Shown here in pieces: positions 44,367 to 53,935 of a stretch of DNA of 64,000 bases. Every line of letters starts with the position of its first letter. The first letter of the stretch is position 1. The position numbers and the translations under genes were made by a program. Source of the DNA: Clostridia bacterium (GTDB lineage: Bacteria > Bacillota > Clostridia > RGIG6154); contig JAZNOU010000002.1 of NCBI GenBank assembly GCA_045589295.1, forward strand, positions 17,283-81,282. The letters run 5' to 3'. The notes beneath the pieces were generated by a model. It was not told the origin of the DNA. It did no database searches and saw nothing but the letters and a program-made list of their open reading frames with translations.

Positions 44367-46985
44367 ATGAGTAAGCTTTGGCATATTGCCACAAAAGAAG
44401 AGATAGAAGATACCCTTAACACTGATTTTGAGCGTGGTATGACAAATGAGTTTGCACAGAGCAGGTTAAAGAAAAGACAAAAGACAGTATTTGACGACAA
44501 TAAAAAATTTGTTGCTAAAAATACTTTGTCATACTTTAACTCTGCTATGGCTATTTTGCTTGTAATCCTTTCGGTTGTTTTTATGTTCAAAGGAAAAGCG
44601 GTGGAGGCAACAACAGTTGTAATTTTAGTGCTTATTTCAGAACTTTTAAGCTTTTTAAAAGATGTATTGGCATTTAATTCGGCAAGAAGGTTAAGAAACT
44701 TATTAAAGCCTAAGGTTACTGTGATCAGAGATGCCTCAAAAAAAGTTATTTTTAAAGACGAAATTGCACAAGGCGACATTATTGTGCTTAAAAAAGGCGA
44801 CGTTGTTCCATGTGACGGAAGAATTACATATTGTGAAGACCTTACAGTTGATCAAAAGTGCATTACTGGAAATGAAGAGGCAATCCAAAAAAGTTGCGAG
44901 GCTGACCTGATTGCAGAAACCGAGCCGAAAGACTGCACAAATATGCTTTACGAGTCAAGTGTTATAATCTCGGGAAGTTGCAGAATGGTTGCGTGTGAGA
45001 CAGGTGAAAATACTGTTTTGGCACAAACAGGAACTTTGGAAGAATCTAAAAAGTCGTATATGCAAGGGAAAATATCTGAAGTAAGCATAGTTTTAACCTT
45101 ATTTTCAGGTATACTGCTTTTAGGGCTTTTGGCAATAAGTGCTTTTTCAGGAATAGATATTATGCAAGCGGTTTTAGTTTGTTTAGCGCTTGGCACAGTT
45201 TTAATTCCGTCAAAATTACCTGCAGTAATTTCATATATTACAAATAAAGGCATACTTAAAATGGCGCAAAATGGTAATGTTGTCAGAAATAAAAGCATAG
45301 CAGAACAGCTTGCAGTATGCGATACTGTTGTTTTTGGGAAAACAGGAGTTTTGACACAAGATGAAGCAGAGGTAACAGAAATTATTTCAAGCGAAGGCTG
45401 TGTGGAGCTTGGAAATGCTGATTTGAGTGTACCCCAAAAAAGCATTTCTAAGATTATTTTAGAATTTGCATCTCTTTGTACAAAAGAAAACGATAGTGCT
45501 TGTGAAGAACAAACTATTGACAGTGCAGTTTTAAAGGCGGCACAAAAAGTAGAAGCTTTGCCTAAAGGTGTTGAAATTGCAAAAGTATATCCTTTTGATA
45601 TGGATAAAAAAACCATGACAGTTTGTGCATCCTTTGAAGAAGGATATAGAATTATCACTAAAGGTGATGTGAAAAAAATTCTTGATATATGTTCTCACGC
45701 GGTATCTACAACTAAGCTTGAAGAACTTACTGATGAACTCAAACAGTCTTTGACAGAACAATATGAGGAAAAACTAAAAAATGGTTATAAAGTAATTGCA
45801 CTTGCCTACAAAGACAGCGGAAATCTGCCTGAAGAAGATTTGGCGGGCGACTTTACGTTACTTGGCATTTTAGTGATTGAAAATAAAATAAACAAACAGA
45901 CAACGGAGTCAATATCACAGCTTTTAAGTGCAGGTATAAGACCTGTTATGGTTTCATATGATGATGAAATTCTTTGTAAAGCAGTGGCTCTAAAATGCGG
46001 AATTATCCAAGAAGATGAGCAGGTAGTTACAGGAAAAATGACAGAGGAAATGTCGGATGAGTTGCTTGACGAAACTACAAAAACTGTTTTTGTTTATGCA
46101 GAGCTATCACCAAACCAAAAGGAAAGAATAGTTAAAAGCTTAAAGAGAAACGGTAAAACAGTTTGTATGATTTCTTTAAGTTCAAGCGATAAAAAAGCTA
46201 TGGAGTGTGCAGATATATCTGTTTCAAAAAAAGACGGAGCACAGGTTAACGAGTTTAATGCAGGGCTTGTTACAGACGGCACTCTTTTTGGTCTTGCAAA
46301 TGCAATGAAATATGCACAAAAACTTTACCTAGATGTAAGAAAATCAATAAGATTTGCAGTTTCTGGGGCAATCTCTATTATGTTCTTTATGATTTTTGCT
46401 GTGCTTCTAACAAACTCGTTGCCACTTTCTTATATCCATACTTTATTAATTGGAATTATAACAACAGGTATTTTACCTTTCATTATGCCTTCGGGTTTTT
46501 GTGCGGACAAGCATCAGATAAAAAATGTAAAGGAAAACAAAACTATTTTCTTAAAAATGTGGCCAAGAATTATTGGCTCAGGCGTATTTGCGGCAGTGCT
46601 GGCACTTGCTTTATTTGTTAAAATCAAATACTTTGCGCCGTCTGCAACTGATGCAGAAAGCATTTTAAAAGCAAGCACAACAGTGTTTTTGTTTTTTGTG
46701 TTCTATCAACTTTTGTCGTGCCTTGATTTAAGAAGAACTGCATTTTTATTAAAAGAAGGAAAAAGCGAACTTTTGCTTGTTGTAGGAATAGCTGTGTTGG
46801 TTGTGGCTTTCACAACTTGTGTAATTTGTATCCCTGCATTTAAAAACCTTTTTGGATTTGCAAATAGCAGTGTTTTAAGTGCAGTATTGTTTGGCGCAAT
46901 TTATGTTGTTTTTAAAATAGTACAAGAAGTTTTCATAACTTTTAAAAAGAGAAAAACGGAGGCTTTAGATGGAGCAGACATTTAA
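44367..46985 (+). CDS. P-type ATPase homolog with degenerate catalytic motifs (predicted non-phosphorylatable pseudo-ATPase)
   Basis: Full P-type architecture is kept: N-terminal cation-ATPase_N segment, A, P and N domains, and about 10 TM helices. However DKTGT is GKTGV (VVFGKTGVLTQDE), TGES is TGNE, PEGLP is PSKLP, and GDGxND is LSSSDK. Confidence 0.75.
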   Translation: MSKLWHIATKEEIEDTLNTDFERGMTNEFAQSRLKKRQKTVFDDNKKFVAKNTLSYFNSAMAILLVILSVVFMFKGKAVEATTVVILVLISELLSFLKDVLAFNSARRLRNLLKPKVTVIRDASKKVIFKDEIAQGDIIVLKKGDVVPCDGRITYCEDLTVDQKCITGNEEAIQKSCEADLIAETEPKDCTNMLYESSVIISGSCRMVACETGENTVLAQTGTLEESKKSYMQGKISEVSIVLTLFSGILLLGLLAISAFSGIDIMQAVLVCLALGTVLIPSKLPAVISYITNKGILKMAQNGNVVRNKSIAEQLAVCDTVVFGKTGVLTQDEAEVTEIISSEGCVELGNADLSVPQKSISKIILEFASLCTKENDSACEEQTIDSAVLKAAQKVEALPKGVEIAKVYPFDMDKKTMTVCASFEEGYRIITKGDVKKILDICSHAVSTTKLEELTDELKQSLTEQYEEKLKNGYKVIALAYKDSGNLPEEDLAGDFTLLGILVIENKINKQTTESISQLLSAGIRPVMVSYDDEILCKAVALKCGIIQEDEQVVTGKMTEEMSDELLDETTKTVFVYAELSPNQKERIVKSLKRNGKTVCMISLSSSDKKAMECADISVSKKDGAQVNEFNAGLVTDGTLFGLANAMKYAQKLYLDVRKSIRFAVSGAISIMFFMIFAVLLTNSLPLSYIHTLLIGIITTGILPFIMPSGFCADKHQIKNVKENKTIFLKMWPRIIGSGVFAAVLALALFVKIKYFAPSATDAESILKASTTVFLFFVFYQLLSCLDLRRTAFLLKEGKSELLLVVGIAVLVVAFTTCVICIPAFKNLFGFANSSVLSAVLFGAIYVVFKIVQEVFITFKKRKTEALDGADI

Positions 46986-47706
46986 AATCGAGGGTAGAAA
47001 TCCTGTTTTAGAGGCAATAAAATCAGGCAGAAGCATTGATAAGATTTATGTCTTAAAGGGTGAACTTAACGGCTCGGTTATAAAAATAAAAGCAATGGCA
47101 AGGGATAATAAAATTCCTGTTGTTGAAGTTGACAGAAAGAAATTTTCACAGATGTCAGACATTTCTTCAAGTCAGGGTGTTATAGCAAATGTTTCTCCTG
47201 TTGACTACGTAGATGTTGATGATATTATAAAAAGGGCAGAAAGCAAAAACGAACCGCTATTTGTGGTTTTGCTTGACGAAATAGAAGATCCGCACAATTT
47301 GGGAGCTATAATCAGAACGGCAAATGCGGCAGGTGCCCATGGGGTTATTATTCCTAAGCATAGAAGTGCATATATTACTGCAACCGTTGCAAAAACAGCG
47401 GCGGGTGCGTGCTTTTATACCCCTGTAGCAAAAGTAACAAACCTTGTTAATACTATGAAAAAGCTTAAAGAGTACGGGGTTTGGTTTTATGGTGCTGATA
47501 TGAATGGCGAAAAAGATATTTATGAAACATCTTTTTCAGGGAAAATAGGAATTGTAATTGGAAACGAAGGCAAGGGCATAAGCCCCAGCGTGAAAAAAGA
47601 GTGTGACTTTATGGTAAACATCCCTATGATGGGAGAGGTTGAGTCGCTCAATGCGTCGGTAAGCGCAGGAATATTTATGTACAGCGCATTAAAAGACAGA
47701 AAATAA
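46969..47706 (+). CDS. rlmB: TrmH/SpoU-family 23S rRNA (guanosine-2'-O-)-methyltransferase, RlmB type
   Basis: IEGRNPVLEAI at the N-terminus with SPOUT motifs DEIEDPHNLGAIIRTA, IVIGNEGKGIS and VESLNASVSAGI. Confidence 0.85.
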   Translation: MEQTFKIEGRNPVLEAIKSGRSIDKIYVLKGELNGSVIKIKAMARDNKIPVVEVDRKKFSQMSDISSSQGVIANVSPVDYVDVDDIIKRAESKNEPLFVVLLDEIEDPHNLGAIIRTANAAGAHGVIIPKHRSAYITATVAKTAAGACFYTPVAKVTNLVNTMKKLKEYGVWFYGADMNGEKDIYETSFSGKIGIVIGNEGKGISPSVKKECDFMVNIPMMGEVESLNASVSAGIFMYSALKDRK

Positions 47707-47718
47707 GGAGAAATAAAA

Positions 47719-47988
47719 ATGAAAGCAGTAGTTACAGTAATCGGTGTTGACAAAGAGGGCATTATAGCTAAAATAAGCACAAAGCTTTATGAAAAAAATG
47801 TGAATATTTTAGATATTACTCAGACAATTATGGGCGATATTTTCACTATGATTATGCTTGTTGATGTCAAATCACAAAGTACAGATTTTGCTCAGCTTGT
47901 TACAGAAATGAAAGCGCTTGGAGAGGAAATCGGCGTGGAAGTTACTGTGACTCGCGAAGAAATTTACAAATCAATGCACAGAATTTAA
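47719..47988 (+). CDS. ACT-domain protein (UPF0237 family)
   Basis: 89 aa. [19 protein letters not shown]...[12 protein letters not shown]... is the classic partner of the UPF0210 gene that follows. Confidence 0.8.
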   Translation: MKAVVTVIGVDKEGIIAKISTKLYEKNVNILDITQTIMGDIFTMIMLVDVKSQSTDFAQLVTEMKALGEEIGVEVTVTREEIYKSMHRI

Positions 47989-47999
47989 GGGGTGAGGAT

Positions 48000-49358
48000 A
48001 TGCTTGACACATACGAAATACTTGAAACCATCAAGATGATAAAAAAAGAAAATCTTGATATAAGAACCATTACAATGGGCATATCACTTATAGATTGCAG
48101 CAGCGAAAGTGTTGAAAAAACCTGTGAAAATATTTATAACAAAATAACAAAGTATGCAAAAAATCTTGTAAAAACAGGCGAGGATATTGAAAAAGAATAC
48201 GGAATACCGATTATTAACAAAAGAATTTCGGTAACACCTATATCCCTTCTTACTCCTGCATATAAAAAAGAGGATTATGTAAAGTATGCACTTACCTTAG
48301 ACAAAGCAGCAAATGAGCTGGGAGTTAACTTTATCGGGGGATATTCAGCTTTGGTGCAAAAGGGTTACACTGATAAAGAAAAAATGTTTATAGATTCAAT
48401 CCCTGAGGCACTTTCAAAAACTACACGTCTTTGTTCGTCTGTTAATATAGGAAGCACAAAGGCGGGCATCAATATGGATGCTGTTTACCATGTGGGCAAG
48501 GTGATAAAAGAATGTGCTGATGTTACAAAAGACAACAATGCAATGGCTTGTGCAAAGTTTGTTGTATTTTGCAATGCAGTTGAAGACAATCCGTTTATGG
48601 CGGGCGCTTTTCATGGAGTATCTGAGGGCGAATGTGTAATAAATGTCGGTGTTAGCGGCCCGGGAGTTGTTAAATGCGAAATTGAAAAATATCCCGATGC
48701 AGACTTTTTGATGCTTGCTGAAATAATTAAAAAGACAGCATTTAAAATTACAAGGGTAGGACAAATGGTTGCTATGGAAGCGGCAAAAAGATTAAACGTT
48801 CCGTTTGGAATTGTTGATTTGTCACTTGCTCCAACTCCTGCAATTGGTGACAGTGTTGCTCATATTTTAGAAGAAATGGGATTACAAAAGTGTGGCACTC
48901 ACGGAACAACTGCGGCTTTGGCTCTTTTAAATGACGCAGTGAAAAAAGGCGGAGTTATGGCATCAAGTTCTGTAGGCGGACTTTCAGGAGCATTTATTCC
49001 TGTTAGTGAAGATGCAGGAATGATTGATGCGGCAAAATGCGGAGCACTTTCTCTTTCAAAGCTTGAAGCTATGACATGTGTATGCTCTGTTGGGCTTGAT
49101 ATGATTGCAGTTCCCGGAGATACTTCTGCCGAAACAATTTCTGCAATTATTGCAGACGAAGCGGCAATCGGTATGATAAATCAGAAAACTACTGCGGTAA
49201 GAATTATTCCCGCACCTGGAAGCAAAAAAGGTGATATGGTAGAGTTTGGTGGCCTGTTGGGAGAGGCTCCTGTTATGGAGGTTTCTTCATGGGGGGCAGA
49301 AAAATTTATTAAGCGCGGCGGAAGAATTCCTGCGCCTATTCACAGTCTTAAAAATTAA
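48000..49358 (+). CDS. UPF0210 / DUF711 'PFL-like' family protein
   Basis: 452 aa. ILETIKMI...[12 protein letters not shown] and the conserved C-terminal [10 protein letters not shown] match the UPF0210 family as I recall it. Confidence 0.75.
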   Translation: MLDTYEILETIKMIKKENLDIRTITMGISLIDCSSESVEKTCENIYNKITKYAKNLVKTGEDIEKEYGIPIINKRISVTPISLLTPAYKKEDYVKYALTLDKAANELGVNFIGGYSALVQKGYTDKEKMFIDSIPEALSKTTRLCSSVNIGSTKAGINMDAVYHVGKVIKECADVTKDNNAMACAKFVVFCNAVEDNPFMAGAFHGVSEGECVINVGVSGPGVVKCEIEKYPDADFLMLAEIIKKTAFKITRVGQMVAMEAAKRLNVPFGIVDLSLAPTPAIGDSVAHILEEMGLQKCGTHGTTAALALLNDAVKKGGVMASSSVGGLSGAFIPVSEDAGMIDAAKCGALSLSKLEAMTCVCSVGLDMIAVPGDTSAETISAIIADEAAIGMINQKTTAVRIIPAPGSKKGDMVEFGGLLGEAPVMEVSSWGAEKFIKRGGRIPAPIHSLKN

Positions 49359-49372
49359 CGGAGGGACTAAAT

Positions 49373-49786
49373 ATGAAGAAAATATTAGCATTGCTTATGT
49401 GCTTTTGCCTTTTAATTTGTGCATCTTGTGGCAAAAAAGGAGAAGAGAAACAAATAGAAACTGACGTTAACAAAGTAGAGCAGACAGTTGAAAATATTGA
49501 CAAAAAAATCGCTCAGGACCCTATGAGTATTGATGAAGAAGATATTTCTGCAGCAAAAGAAACTGCTCTTGAAATGGAAAAAGAATTAAAAGATAAGATT
49601 GGAAAAGTAAAAGAAGAAGATGTTGAACAGTTTCAGAACAGACAGGTTTCTGTTGAGCTATTGAAACAAGGCTTGGATGCTTTGGAACAAGCTAAAAAAT
49701 CAGGTGACGAGCAGGCGGTTATAGCAGCCCAGCAACAAATTGAAATGGCAAAATCTTTATGGGATTTTGTACAGGAACAAGAGTAA
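49373..49786 (+). CDS. Probable lipoprotein, coiled-coil / acidic
   Basis: The signal peptide ends in LLICASCGKK (lipobox-like). The rest is Glu/Lys/Gln-rich. Confidence 0.55.
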   Translation: MKKILALLMCFCLLICASCGKKGEEKQIETDVNKVEQTVENIDKKIAQDPMSIDEEDISAAKETALEMEKELKDKIGKVKEEDVEQFQNRQVSVELLKQGLDALEQAKKSGDEQAVIAAQQQIEMAKSLWDFVQEQE

Positions 49787-49805
49787 TTTCAGAAGGTGTT
49801 TTTAG

Positions 49806-50666
49806 TTGAATATTAAAAAATTTTTCAAAACTTTTATAACATTTACACTTGCTTTGAGTGCTATTTTAGCGTTGATTTTGTTTGGTAAGTTTTTTTATCA
49901 GGACATTGGCTCAGGCGAAAAAATAGATTCTCTTGATGAATATGAACGTGGAGCAAGAAGAAATATTTTAGTTATGGGAACCGACAAAAGCGGCTTAAGG
50001 TCAGATGTTATAATGATTTTTTCTTTTTCGGAAAAAGAAAAAGATATCAATTCTGTTTCAGTACCCAGAGACACAAGAATGAACTACGGGAACGGCTATC
50101 AGAAAATAAATGTGGCACTTGCTTTAGGTGGTGATGAACTTGCTGTCGAAAAGATTAAGGAAGTTACAAAAATTCCTATACACGAATATGTAAAGGTTAA
50201 TTTTCAGGCAGTAAGTGATCTTGTGGATGCAGTTGGTGGAGTTGAGTATGAAGTTCCGCAGAACATGAGATATAATGACCCCTATCAGGACCTTGTAATC
50301 AATCTTGACAAGGGAATGCAGACGTTAGATGGTGATAAGGCACTTCAGCTCTTAAGATTCAGAAAGTATCCTATGGGTGACCTTCAAAGGATTGAAGTAC
50401 AGCAAGATTTCATAAAAGAGGCGTTCAAACAGAAAATGAAGGTTAAATATATTACAAAGATTGGAAAAATTTATTCTGCAGTTGAAGATAATATTTCAAC
50501 AAGCTTGTCACTTTCTGATGTTACAAAGCTTGCAAAAACTGTAAAGGCAAAGGGAGTAGATGCAATTAATTCGCACGAGCTTCCAACATATTTGTCACCA
50601 AGCGGAACTTATGTAAGAATAGATGAAAGTAAAATTGATAATTTTGTAGAAGAATATTTTAAATAA
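49806..50666 (+). CDS. LCP (LytR-CpsA-Psr) family protein, second paralog
   Basis: It has the same motifs as 29762..30616 (NILVMGTDKSG...SDVIMIFS, SVPRDT, QLLRFRKYPMGDLQR). The start is TTG. Confidence 0.85.
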   Translation: MNIKKFFKTFITFTLALSAILALILFGKFFYQDIGSGEKIDSLDEYERGARRNILVMGTDKSGLRSDVIMIFSFSEKEKDINSVSVPRDTRMNYGNGYQKINVALALGGDELAVEKIKEVTKIPIHEYVKVNFQAVSDLVDAVGGVEYEVPQNMRYNDPYQDLVINLDKGMQTLDGDKALQLLRFRKYPMGDLQRIEVQQDFIKEAFKQKMKVKYITKIGKIYSAVEDNISTSLSLSDVTKLAKTVKAKGVDAINSHELPTYLSPSGTYVRIDESKIDNFVEEYFK

Positions 50667-50693
50667 AAAAGAGGCTTTTTAAGCCTCTTTTTA
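50665..50693. terminator. Bidirectional hairpin terminator
   Basis: AGAGGCTT / AAGCCTCT stem flanked by an A-run and a T-run, between converging genes. Confidence 0.7.
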
Positions 50694-50716
50694 CGTTTTA
50701 AATTTGTTTTTGGACG

Positions 50717-51262
50717 TTATTCTTCCATTTGCTTGCCCAAGAACGATGCCGCAGACTGAGAAAGCTTAAGCTCAATATCGCTCATAACCTGTGCTTGCTC
50801 GGGTGAGAAAAATATGACACTTCCAATAACATCGCCATCTGAAATTATAGGAGTTAAAATACTGATGGCATATTTATCGCTATTTTCTGCAAAAGGATAT
50901 TTTCTGTCTTCGGGATGCTTTAATTCGTAAGATGTTCTGTCTCTCAAAAAGTTTTCAACTTCTGAAGATACCTTTCTTTCCAAAAGTTCTTTTTTAGGTG
51001 CACCTGATACTGCAATCACAACATCCCTGTCTGTAATACAAACACCATAACCGCTTATTTTTGCTAAAATTTCGGCATATTGAACGGCGAAGTTCCCAAG
51101 CTCGCCGATAGGTGAGTATTTTTTAAATATAACTTCGCCGTCTTTATCTGTAAATATTTCTAAGGGGTCGCCCTCTCTTATCCTCATAGTTCTTCTTATT
51201 TCTTTGGGTATAACCACCCTTCCCAAATCGTCAATTCTTCTAACTATTCCTGTTGCTTTCAT
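50717..51262 (-). CDS. spoVT: Stage V sporulation protein T (AbrB-family regulator with GAF-like C-terminal domain)
   Basis: MKATGIVRRIDDLGRVVIPKEIRRTMRIREGDPLEIF is near-identical in pattern to the SpoVT/AbrB SpoVT-type N-terminus. It is 181 aa. Confidence 0.9.
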   Translation of the reverse strand: MKATGIVRRIDDLGRVVIPKEIRRTMRIREGDPLEIFTDKDGEVIFKKYSPIGELGNFAVQYAEILAKISGYGVCITDRDVVIAVSGAPKKELLERKVSSEVENFLRDRTSYELKHPEDRKYPFAENSDKYAISILTPIISDGDVIGSVIFFSPEQAQVMSDIELKLSQSAASFLGKQMEE

Positions 51263-51458
51263 ATAATAAATGCTCCTTTTGGGTTTGATTTACAATTATA
51301 TTGTGTGCAACCAAGGAATTTTTATGTAAGGAAAATGGTGGGAAAAGAACAAGCGATGTTGGTGTATCAACTATTGACTTTTTAATGCTTTGTGATAAAA
51401 TATATCTGTCGAATTATTGATGGTTCGACACAAAATTTTTTCTTGCGAGGTGAAAAAT

Positions 51459-52496
51459 ATGCATTTGAAAAGTGATAAGCTTTTTTGGAAAAAAAAGGAG
51501 TTTATTTCTTTTTTGCTGAGCATTCTTGTTTTTTTTATTCATTCGTATTTTGCTCAGGAGATTGTCAGCAACAGTTTTATTTCTGTTGTTAATCACAAAG
51601 CGTCTTACTTTTTCTCCCGTTCTATCACACAGTTTGCTGTCCCAATGTTTTTTATGTTGTCGGGGGCATCTTTTTTCAAGGATTATGACAACAAAAAATA
51701 TTTAACAAAAATAAAGGCACGCATATTCACACTTATTATACCATATTTGCTTTGGAATACGATTTGGATGGTCTGGAAACTTTTCACAGACAGTGCGGCA
51801 AATTCTTTAAGTTTAATAAGCATACTAAAAGGCATTTTTTTCTACGGATGCAACAGCCCGTTTTGGTTTGTATTTGATTTGATTATATTTTCATTTGCGG
51901 CACCGATTGTGTTTTTAATTATTAAGAACAAATACTTCGGCATAATTTCCGTAATGTTTTTATCTATAGCATCGTTGTTTGGAATATACTTGCCAATGGA
52001 TGTGTTCTATTACCCTATGGCAATTGTTTTCTATTTGATGGGTGCTATTATAGGCTATCATTTTTTCGATTTTGCTTCCGGAAAATCATCAAAAACGACA
52101 CAAGTTGCTTCTGTTATTTTCCTTGCGGCATATATTCTTTCTAAAAATATTGTCCCACAGGAAATGCATGTTAACAACTATTTAACACAAGTTATCGTAT
52201 ATACCCTTGCAGCATTTTCTTTGTGGAATGTCGTGGATATTTTTATTGAACGAATTAAGCCCAGAGCAATCTATCGTCGTTCCTTTGCCGTTTATGCAAT
52301 GCATCTCAATGTTGCAATCATTATACTTAAAATACTTTCTTTTTGTACTCCGCAAAATGAATGGTTTGAAATTCCAAAATTCATTATTATGGTTGTTTTA
52401 ACACTTGTAATAATTAATTTTGTGTGTGCTTTTCTCGAAAAGTTTTTCCCGAAAATTTATGCAATACTTATGGGAAACCGAATGAATAAAAAATAA
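51459..52496 (+). CDS. Acyltransferase family 3 (membrane O-acyltransferase)
   Basis: Polytopic, with about 10 TM helices. FAVPMFFMLSGASFF is typical of Acyl_transf_3. I prefer the ATG at 51459 with RBS GAGGTG. Confidence 0.7.
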   Translation: MHLKSDKLFWKKKEFISFLLSILVFFIHSYFAQEIVSNSFISVVNHKASYFFSRSITQFAVPMFFMLSGASFFKDYDNKKYLTKIKARIFTLIIPYLLWNTIWMVWKLFTDSAANSLSLISILKGIFFYGCNSPFWFVFDLIIFSFAAPIVFLIIKNKYFGIISVMFLSIASLFGIYLPMDVFYYPMAIVFYLMGAIIGYHFFDFASGKSSKTTQVASVIFLAAYILSKNIVPQEMHVNNYLTQVIVYTLAAFSLWNVVDIFIERIKPRAIYRRSFAVYAMHLNVAIIILKILSFCTPQNEWFEIPKFIIMVVLTLVIINFVCAFLEKFFPKIYAILMGNRMNKK

Positions 52497-52504
52497 TAAA
52501 ACAA

Positions 52505-52530
52505 TAAGCGAGGCAGTTGCCTCGCTTTAA
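52505..52530. terminator. Hairpin between converging genes
   Basis: AGCGAGGC / GCCTCGCT stem. The T-tract is short. Confidence 0.45.
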
Positions 52531-53303
52531 TCAAAACTTTTTTTAATTCTCTCTATTGCATTTTTTTCAAGGCGTGACACCTGTGCTTGTGAAATGCCGA
52601 TTTCTGATGCAACTTCCATTTGTGTTCTGCCTTGAAAAAATCTAAGATTAATTATATTTTTTTCGCGTCCTGAAAGCTTTGAAATCGCTTCTTTCAAAGA
52701 AATTTCTTCTATCCAGTTTTCGTCTAAATTTTTTTTATCACTTACCTGGTCCATTACAAAAAGTGTGTCCGTTCCGTCTGAAAAGACAGGTTCGTATAAT
52801 GAAATAGGGTCTTGAATTGCCTCTAAAGCATTTGAAATTTGCTTTGGGTCAAGCTCCATTTTTTGAGCTATCTGCTCAATTGTAGGTTCTAATCCGTTTT
52901 CGCGGATAATTGTTTCTTTTGTCTGTAATGCTTTGTAAGCGATGTCTTTCAAAGAACGCGAAACCCTTATGGAATTGTAATCTCTTAAATATCTTCTTAT
53001 TTCACCTATAATCATAGGAACTGCATAGGTTGAAAATTTAACGCCTACCGAAAGGTCAAAATTTTTGATTGCTTTTATAAGCCCCACACAGCCTACCTGA
53101 AATAAGTCGTCAGCATTTTCACCTCTTGAATTGAATTTTTGTATCACACTCAAAACAAGACGAAGATTGCCCACAATAAATTTGTTGCGGGCATCTTCAT
53201 CGCCTTGTTTTATTTTAATTAAAAGTTCTTCTTTTTCTTTTCCTGATAAAACGGGAAGCTTAGCGGTATTAACTCCGCATATCTCAACCTTGTTGGTAAT
53301 CAT
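52527..53303 (-). CDS. sigG: Sporulation sigma factor SigG
   Basis: NKVEICGVNTAKLPVL...GNLRLVLSVIQKFNSRGENADDLFQVGCVGLIKAIKNFDLSVGVKFSTYAVPMIIGEIRRYLRD closely tracks Bacillus SigG. I prefer the ATG at 53303 with RBS GGAGG at 53315-53311. Confidence 0.85.
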   Translation of the reverse strand: MITNKVEICGVNTAKLPVLSGKEKEELLIKIKQGDEDARNKFIVGNLRLVLSVIQKFNSRGENADDLFQVGCVGLIKAIKNFDLSVGVKFSTYAVPMIIGEIRRYLRDYNSIRVSRSLKDIAYKALQTKETIIRENGLEPTIEQIAQKMELDPKQISNALEAIQDPISLYEPVFSDGTDTLFVMDQVSDKKNLDENWIEEISLKEAISKLSGREKNIINLRFFQGRTQMEVASEIGISQAQVSRLEKNAIERIKKSFD

Positions 53304-53356
53304 AGTATGCCTCCTTTGGGTATTTACAAATAAATTGTTCCCAAAGTAAAGGCTTA

Positions 53357-53935
53357 TTATACCAAAATTGGTTGCAGTTGTTTGCCTTCTGATGCAAGGC
53401 AAAGTGTGTCATAAATTAAACTCATATCAGAAACCAATGATGTTTCTTTTTTCAAAAAATCATCTTGACCGAACGGCACAAAGTATATCCCCTTTGTGTT
53501 TAAAAGTGCCGCAATGTTTTTTGCAGAGCCTGAAAGACCATCGTTGGTTGAAATTGCAAGGACAACAGGAGCCTTGTTACGAAGCGACGCCTTTGCAGCC
53601 ATAGTAACCGATGTATCAGTAATTCCGTTTGCGATTTTTGAGGCAGTGTTGCCCGTGCATGGAGCGATAACCAAAGCGTCAATTATTTTTTTTGGACCAA
53701 TTGGCTCAGCTGCTTCAATTGTGTGTATTATATTATTCCCTGTAATTTCATAAACCTTATTTATAAGTTCATCTTTTTTTGTAAAACGAGTATCTGTGCC
53801 GTAAACAATTGGTGAAAAAATAGGGATAACGCTTTTGGCTTTTTTTGTTAAAAATTCAAGTTCGGGTAATACTTTTGCGATTGTGCAGAAAGAACCCGTT
53901 AGCGCAAAGCCTACATTTAAGTTTTTAAGTTCCAT
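53357..53935 (-). CDS. dpaB: Dipicolinate synthase subunit B
   Basis: Flavoprotein-fold, 192 aa. VGFALTGSFCT... at the N-terminus is as in SpoVFB. It overlaps dpaA by 11 nt. Confidence 0.8.
   Translation of the reverse strand: MELKNLNVGFALTGSFCTIAKVLPELEFLTKKAKSVIPIFSPIVYGTDTRFTKKDELINKVYEITGNNIIHTIEAAEPIGPKKIIDALVIAPCTGNTASKIANGITDTSVTMAAKASLRNKAPVVLAISTNDGLSGSAKNIAALLNTKGIYFVPFGQDDFLKKETSLVSDMSLIYDTLCLASEGKQLQPILV

Noticed and set aside
44324-45761. Long antisense ORFs inside the P-type ATPase homolog (44324..44779 -, 44948..45658 - at 236 aa, 45531..45761 -)
   Set aside because: The sense frame shows clear P-type ATPase homology over its full length. The antisense products are Ser/Thr/Phe-rich with no recognisable domains or RBS.
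53304-53402. N-terminal extension of the sigG ORF (MPCIRRQTTATNFG...) overlapping the 3' end of dpaB
   Set aside because: Homology to SigG begins at MITNKVEICG. That ATG at 53303 has a GGAGG RBS at the right distance. The extension has no homology and would overlap dpaB by 46 nt.
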